DNA of 54,522 nucleotides, filler included, from Dirinaria sp. TL-2023a (lineage: Eukaryota): assembly GCA_051941275.1 (NCBI GenBank). It is 3 parts of 3 records of this genome, joined end to end, with 100 filler letters (N's around TTAATTAATTAA, not from the genome) between each part and the next. Parts side by side here need not be neighbours in the genome. Positions count along the whole stretch, not along the records: positions 36,488 to 54,522 come from JAVEBF010000400.1; 2 more parts are not named here. The stretch is one strand, 5' to 3'. This document shows, piece after piece, positions 47,595-54,522 of the stretch. Every line of letters starts with the position of its first letter. The first letter of the stretch is position 1. A program made the translations under genes and the position numbers. The notes beneath the pieces are model-generated. The model had not been told where the DNA came from. It saw nothing but the letters and a program-made list of their open reading frames with translations, and made no database searches.

Positions 47595-48976
47595 ATGACT
47601 TTCGTCAATGGCCTGACTAAAAGCTCCATTGAGACTCCTCCAAGAGCTCCATCGCCAGTCCATAATTTCGGAACCCTGGCCGTTCACGCAGGCAGTCCTC
47701 ATGACCCTGTGACTGGAGCTGTCATCGAACCTGTGAGCTCTTTTGCAACCCCAGAAACAGAGTTTTACTGATATCCACGTAGATCTCCCTATCAACAACT
47801 TTTGCGCAAAGTGCTGTGGGCAAACCGATTGGCTCTTATGAATACACTAGAAGTTCGAATCCTAACCGGTAGGAATACACAGTTTGGTCGATGACCGCTT
47901 GCTCACTGATGCTCAGAGAGAATTTTGAGAAAGCAATCGCATCCCTTGAACACGCCCGTTTCGCTCTCGCGTTCTCTTCAGGCTCAGCGACGACCGCCAC
48001 AATCTTGCAATCACTCGCTTCTGGCAGCCATGTCGTCTCGGTATCAGATGTCTACGGTGGCACACATCGCTACTTCACAAAGGTAGCTGCCGCGCACGGC
48101 GTTGAAGTCACCTTCTCCCCCAACATCGAGGTATCGGTGGCGAAGTTGATACGACCCAACGAGACGAAGCTCATATGGATCGAATCGCCTTCCAATCCCA
48201 CGCTCTCACTGGTCGATATTCGCAACGTGGCTACCGTAGCGCATCAGCACGGCATAATGGTGGTCGTGGATAACACCTTCCTTAGCCCCTACATCCAAAA
48301 TCCATTAGACCACGGCGCCGACATTGTTGTCCACAGTGTGACAAAGTACATCAACGGCCATTCGGACGTTCTGATGGGTGCCGCCGCTTTTAATTCTCCT
48401 GAACTCAATGAACGCCTTACATTTCTCCAGAATGCTATTGGTGCTGTTCCCTCACCGTTCGACTGCTGGCTCGCTCACCGCGGACTCAAGACCCTCCACC
48501 TTCGGGCAAAAGCCGCATCGGATAATGCTACTATAATTGCCCGTACGCTGACAGCCTCACCTCACGTTATCGCCGTCAACTACCCCGGTCTCCCTTCTCA
48601 CCCACAGCATCATATCGCATTGAAGCAACATCGCGCAGGCCTCGGTGGAGGCATGCTCTCCTTTCGCATCAAAGGCGGCATGGCAGCTGCGGAGCGATTC
48701 TGCCAGAACACGCAAATCTTCACGTTAGCAGAGAGCTTGGGAGGAGTGGAATCATTAGTCGAGGTCCCGGGCAGCATGACTCATGCAGGTATACCGAAAG
48801 CCGAGCGAGAAGCAGCCGGCGTATTTGAAGATTTGGTGCGGATCAGCTGTGGGATAGAAGATGCGGACGATCTACGAAAAGACATCTTGCGAGGTTTGGA
48901 GCGAGCGGTTGTCCATGGAAAGGTCAATGGGTTCACAGAGAACGATATGAATATTGACAGGGCACCACAGCAATGA
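47595..48976 (+). CDS. CYS3: Cystathionine gamma-lyase; exons 47595-47732, 47783-47868, 47917-48976
   Basis: FGTLAVHAG, YEYTRSSNPNR, WIESPSNP, VVDNTF, HSVTKYINGHSD (PLP lysine) and FTLAESLGGVESL. Confidence 0.95.
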
Positions 48977-49916
48977 TTTTCTCACATTTAGGGCGAGTTA
49001 GATTTCAAGATCGCGGAACCGGTATTAGAAATGGTGCATAAGTGGGAGCTTTTTAATGGATTCTACGATGGATGATAGATAAAGCGGGTTCAGGACGTCT
49101 TGGACCGGTCTGTAAGAACCCGATCTGTTCAAGGGGTAGAATTGGTGATCTTATTTGAACCTAGAAAACTACTCATAGTACTGTTCGAGTACTTTCCCTT
49201 ATTCCGTGGCTTCTACTCCTACTACACTATTCCGTTGTGTCGTACTACCTGCGGTAATTGTTGTCACGGACCTCCTGTGATTTGCGGAAGTTGCAACCGC
49301 TAAAAGCGCTTAATATTAAATAGACCCCTCGACCCCGCCCCCGGAGCCCTGACCGTTGGTGCCGTAGGCGACATTACTGGATATGGCTAGCTTATCTCTT
49401 GCGTACCAGTAGTGTACCTGCGGCTACCTTTCTGCTTCACCATTCGACAAACTAGAATCGGCCGCGATGCCTTGAATTCGCTTGGTGACCCGTCGACATG
49501 GCAATCCTTTGGCTGGCAGTGCCTGATACGTTGGATCGTGATCATTATTGCCCCGATGGATGGAGACTCGATATACTGGACATTAGCACCAGGTGCTATG
49601 TCCTCCTTCCTCATCATCCAAGGCCTTAAAATGCACCCATACATGCACGCGCTTGAAGCAGAAGATCTGGTCTAAAAAGACCTCGGTCTGACGATTCTCC
49701 CCTCGGGCGCTTAAGTTTCATTGATAAGGCGGACCGCAGGCCTCAAGCAATAATGTGCGGCCGGCCACCTGCCTGGCGCCCATGAACGAGGACTGAGCAT
49801 GCAGCAACATCAATCTCGTTGTCGTCATCTTTCTGGTTCTTTTGTCTTTTTTTTCTCATATGGCTCTTTTTCCTACCGTGGTTTGACTGGATGCCTAGTC
49901 CAGGATTGAGTGCACA

Positions 49917-51599
49917 ATGTACTTCCTCGCTCCTGTTCCCACCATGCAGACTTTTAGCTTTCGTATTGTTTGTTTGATATCTTTCCTCGCTACATATTGC
50001 GCGGCTGACCCACGAGCCCCTGATACCTTCGGCTGCAGTTCGCTTTTAGGTATGGGGCTCAAAAGACCGGCATGTGAGACGGCCTTGTCCAATCTGCCTC
50101 GGGGCACTCTGCTTAGTATCTTCACAACTCGCCAGGGCGCCCCAACAAATAATTGGAATCATGTCCCTAAGCGCTACGTCGACTTGGTTGACAATCCGAA
50201 ATGTTCCATCACCGTGGACCTTGATGGCCATTCCCTGCACGATGTTTTCGTGCTGGTTCCCTGGGACAAGATTAGAGCAATAGCTGAAGATGTCATAGGC
50301 TTCTGTGTAAAAGATTTATCATGGGGTGGCTGGGAGACGTACGGCCTGAACGCATCCTTTGAGGCTTTGATGCCTCCTAGCCCTTACGACAGCCTTTCGC
50401 CGGCTGCACCCACTGGCCCTGCTGTTGCATACAATCCTGATGGCTCCGGTGGCATTGCCATTCCCGAAAGGACCGGTTTTAGTAAGTCTTACAGCAGTGC
50501 TTCTATCTTTACATCTATGGTTGCAGTAAACACTGTCTCTCGGGTCAATGATATCCAGAGATTGCAGTATTATCATCCCACATGTATCCTTTTCTCGCCT
50601 AAATACTCATGAGGATGATATTAGATGTCCCCATGTACATGGTCGTGACGGTTTCTGGACCTCACACGAGAATGCGCCGAGAGCAAACGGATCTCTTGAT
50701 TGGTCTGTCTATGGAGGAGCAGTTGGTATTTTGGCCCCAAGCTTGGTAATAGGGGCTAATCCTGTTCGTATAGTCTCAAAAAGAGAATAGGAGAGGTAGC
50801 AACCATGAACCGGAAAGATGAGATTGCCAGAACCGCTACTGCCTTCACTGAAACATTTGTCGAAGATCTCTACGGAGACGACCATCCTCGCTGGTGGGAG
50901 TTTAGCATGGAACCACTTAAACCTGAATTCGAGTACAAATGTAACGCCTCTTTCGGAAGCCCAAGTACCTCCAATTGTGAGGCGGTATTATACGAGTTCT
51001 TCGAGTCAGGGACTGTTGTGCTAGACCCCATGTCAGGTCCATTAATCAAAACTTCGGGAAACTGTGCCATTGGTGTGAAGACAACATCGAAGTTAACTAC
51101 GACTTGGGAAATGCTTCGAACGGTTGCGCAACATCTTCTGGCCACTTGCGTTGCAGATCCATTGTCCGGAATAAGGGGCGGTCTCGCTACCAGTCAGCCA
51201 TCTATTCGGCGAAAACGGCGAGCTGGCCTAAATGCTTGGCCGTCTTCACTGACCATGGCGGCTTACTTCCAAGATCAATTCGACGGTGCTGCATCGGACA
51301 CATGCGCATGGAGCGTGGTGTTGTCACAGATTTCATCACACAAAGGTGATGTACGGCAATGTCCCGCGCCGACAGGGCCATGGCGACCACCTGAGCGAGA
51401 GCTCGAAGCAAATGGCACTGAATCCCATGAGTGGCAAGCGGGCAACATCACGATCATTCAGCACGGTAACTGGACGGAAATTGCAGAGGACAATCTAACG
51501 AACACCATCACGGATGCGAATCTGACTTCCGACCTTGCTGATCTTCCTATCTTATCACCGTTTCCAAGCGCCGAGTCTGCCAGCACCCCGAGCGCTTAG
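49917..51599 (+). CDS. Secreted Cys-containing protein of unknown family; intron from 50482 to ~50624 and a possible second intron at ~50722-50773 (uncertain)
   Basis: Signal-peptide-like FRIVCLISFLATYCAA. Two similar Cys-spaced modules (C..ACETAL..CSITV..W..IA..C and C..NCEAVL..CAIGV..W..VA..C). Confidence 0.65.
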
Positions 51600-53206
51600 A
51601 ACTCGGTCCAAGCGAATGTGTTTATCGTATGGTGACGTTGGTTTCTTGCGTGTACATACAAGCGTCACCAGGACAGTCTTGATTCTAGTCTGATAGTGGG
51701 TGACCTTAGCGATCTAGTACATATGCAAGTCTGCGGTGTTTTAGGACTTCATTGGACAGCTCATATTATTGCTAAGGAGAGGCTTTGGAGGGTCGCCTGT
51801 ATCCAAGTCCGAGGCCGAGTTCACTGGTTGCTAGGAAGACTGAAGATGAATGAGTTGTGCTTTCATGCGAGGAGACTTATGAGAAGCGGACAGCGAATTC
51901 ACATGATTACGGGTCGCAAGGATGCACCGCAAGGGAGCGATCAAAGTCAATATGATATCTAAATCATGCCAACAACGGGCCAATGACTTCCTGGATTCTG
52001 AAACTTTTTCTCGTCGAGTATTCTGACGACCAGTCAACGTTTGCGCCCTCGGCAGACCGGGCATTTATTCCAGGCTCAGAGAGTATCTATGCAGATTCTC
52101 AGACGTGCCGAACTATGAAAAAATGAGGACTTTCAATCTACTCCTATTGAAGATAAGTTCATATCCTTTGGCAGTTCTTGGCATTTGACGAGTGGTGGTT
52201 GATGACTTTGACAATTGCATCATTTAACCAGGTCTTTATCATACCCCCGACATCCAATTCATTCGCAATTGTGCAGAGAGACCTCAGGAGACATATCCTT
52301 GTAACACAATGTTGCTCAGCATCAAATCAAGTATTACAATCACCTTCGCATTCGAGGTTAAAGCACATTGAGACAAAAATCTATCGTACCTACCTTACAT
52401 TTCATTTCCACGGCGTGTCACCTACAATAACCAAACAGAGTATTAGGGTATTAGGATATATTTTACCGCAGCTTCTGCTTCTACCGCTTCCACGACGATA
52501 CTGGCTTTGCAGTCAAAATAGAATTAGCCTGCATAAGCATACCTTACTGGTAAGTGACAGCTGAGTGCTGCTTTGGTAGCACTACTGCAGCTCCACGACC
52601 ATGCCAGGTTTACGGCTAAACAGCGACGTGCTAAGCGAGAGACCCACTTCGGAGTGGTTGGAGGAATCTGGCACCCTCGTCTGTGGCTTTGCTGTAGCTG
52701 TCACGATAACGTAGAGTGGTGATTCCGATGTTATCGGTGAGCACATTGTTATTTCAGATCGCGAGTCAATATTTGGTTGTCTTGCTCGGAAGGGCTTTAT
52801 TCCTACTTTCTTAGCCGCATAACCCGTATGCTTTTCCGCTGCAACCCATCCAACCCAATTTTCTCCTTGGCGGGTAAGACATGTGGATGCCGTGGAAGAG
52901 GATATTTGGCTCGCGCGTTTGGGTGGCTTGAAAGCAGGAAGCCCGATAGCCGCCATCCTTCAGATCACGCATGTGCACAACATACACCGCGATTCTCTTT
53001 ATAGTATATTCAGGCGAATTACGCAGCTGAAAGGTTTCCCTATATATGAACGTTGAGCCAATACTCCAATGGTGCCTGATGATCTCTGCACTAGACCACT
53101 TCTCAGGCCATGATATATTGGTTACTACTTACAATTGTTCTCTGCCTACAAGAAATTGCATTCACGATCGCAGCGCCTGCTGAGATTCGCCTCCGGCAAC
53201 ATCCTC

Positions 53207-53910
53207 ATGGCGGTGGAGCCCCTCCTTCTAGCCCTTCACTTGCGGCATCGTGGGTTCTGCGCTACTAGTCGTCGGGCAAGAAGCAATACTCAGAGTCTGT
53301 CACAGGTTGAAAGCTAAAGAAGTCTCCCATGTATCGAGTCCTCTATACCCTCACGGCATTCAGAGCCATGGTCGCAACGCTAGTCGCACCTCCAGTCACC
53401 CTAATACATTTCCTACTAGGTATTAGGCTCTTCAGCAATCGGTACAGCAGCTAGTCCATTAACAGCATTCCCAGCCATGCAGTAACAGTCTCCAACAATG
53501 GTACGAACGATGTCCTCTGCCCTGTCCAGGGCACCCGCACTCTCCTGCATATCCAGCTTTACGCGAGAATGCACACGCACAACATGAATGCCACGATCAG
53601 CGCGGCGAGGCAACACATCGATCAGACTTGGAAAGCCCATGGCCACGATGGCTGGCTCCCTGCTCCGCTAGATCCGTTCAAGTACAGTATCGATCTCGGG
53701 GTCACCGTATTCGCCAGCAGTTCTGAAAACCAACATTTGACGTGGGGCATTCTTGACAGTGCGTTGAAAGGATTGGAGGATTGCTTGATTCAGAACTCAT
53801 GGTATCAGAACGTTATATTCAGGATATTTGACAGTGATTGGGGCCAGGTTGGGGATGGCAGCGTAGTCGAAGCTGTAGCGGCGATGATTCCAGATTTGCA
53901 AAGTGAGTGA
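53207..53910 (+). CDS. Small secreted-type protein of a lineage-expanded family; 5' part appears frameshifted
   Basis: C-terminal HLTWGILDSALKGLEDCL..FRIFDSDWGQVGDGSV. The frame extends upstream across a probable intron at ~53420-53465. Confidence 0.5.
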
Positions 53911-54187
53911 GTGAGTGAGTGGAATGCAAGAAACGCCTACACGGTGCAGATGAGCCTTCATACCTCTCAATCCTACATACTTAATGCAAATGCACAATAA
54001 TCGTATGAGAATTTGGGCAGGACACGGACACACTTAACCCCATCCAGCGATGACGTTTTCTTCCTGTCTCCTTCCTTTTTGCGGGGAAGCACGCGAGCAA
54101 CTTCAAAACCTCCCAAACCGACCCCAACTCATCTTTCTCTTCATTCCTTAGATCCAACCCATCAATTGCAACCCACGAGCCTCCAAA

Positions 54188-54406
54188 ATGCATCTCCTCA
54201 CACCAATAACCCTCCTAACCCTATCCGCGACTCTTTCCGTCGCAGCCCCCTTCTGGGGCGTGTTCGAGCAAACGCCGCTCATCAACTCTCTCCTCACCAA
54301 AAATCCCCAGAGCAGCAGCATTAAAAAAACGTACCGCCTCCCCTTCCTCTCTAATTCCCTCGCCAACCCCAAACGTAAAAAAATGAAAAAACAAAAAAGA
54401 AACTAA
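54188..54406 (+). CDS. 5' end of a probable secreted protein, running into low-complexity sequence at the window end
   Basis: Signal peptide MHLLTPITLLTLSATLSVAA with AAAATG context. The downstream sequence is A/C-run rich. Confidence 0.4.
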   Translation: MHLLTPITLLTLSATLSVAAPFWGVFEQTPLINSLLTKNPQSSSIKKTYRLPFLSNSLANPKRKKMKKQKRN

Positions 54407-54522
54407 AACCCCAATTCTACTCTAGCCCCCTCAAAGAATCCATAATCCCGGACGGTACTTGCCCCCTCCCCCCCTTATTTCAAAAAAAAAAACCAATAAC
54501 AACCACCAGTCCTCCCACAAAC

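Noticed and set aside
54325..54522. Lys-rich C-terminus and A/C-run sequence at the window end
   Set aside because: It looks like low-quality or degenerate terminal sequence and cannot be interpreted.

Overview
Fungal (Pezizomycotina, probably lichen-forming Lecanoromycete-type) nuclear DNA with spliceosomal introns. It consists of three contigs joined by artificial 100-nt N/TTAATTAATTAA linkers (18153-18252, 36388-36487). Contigs 2 and 3 are mostly housekeeping genes: thioredoxin-PITH (TXNL1-like), PPZ1, Mak31/Naa38-like LSM, RPS11, SPC105/KNL1, ERG12, partial PXMP4, SltA/ACE1, NUFIP1/Rsa1-like and CYS3, followed by lineage-specific secreted proteins. Contig 1 starts with ATG3 and then becomes an accessory region (about 2.4-18.1 kb). 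It holds a divergent paralog pair (one copy has an in-frame TGA at a conserved Trp), a divergent pair of an atypical PLP enzyme and an A-T didomain NRPS-like gene with no reductase domain, and two intronless orphan ORFs with shared upstream motifs. It also carries several non-coding repeat classes: six copies of a bipartite ~47-bp motif, two copies of a ~70-nt element with a compensatory base change, and an array of five covarying hairpins. This repeat-punctuated orphan-gene region is the best candidate for an undescribed system. All calls are from reading the sequence by eye; no searches were run.
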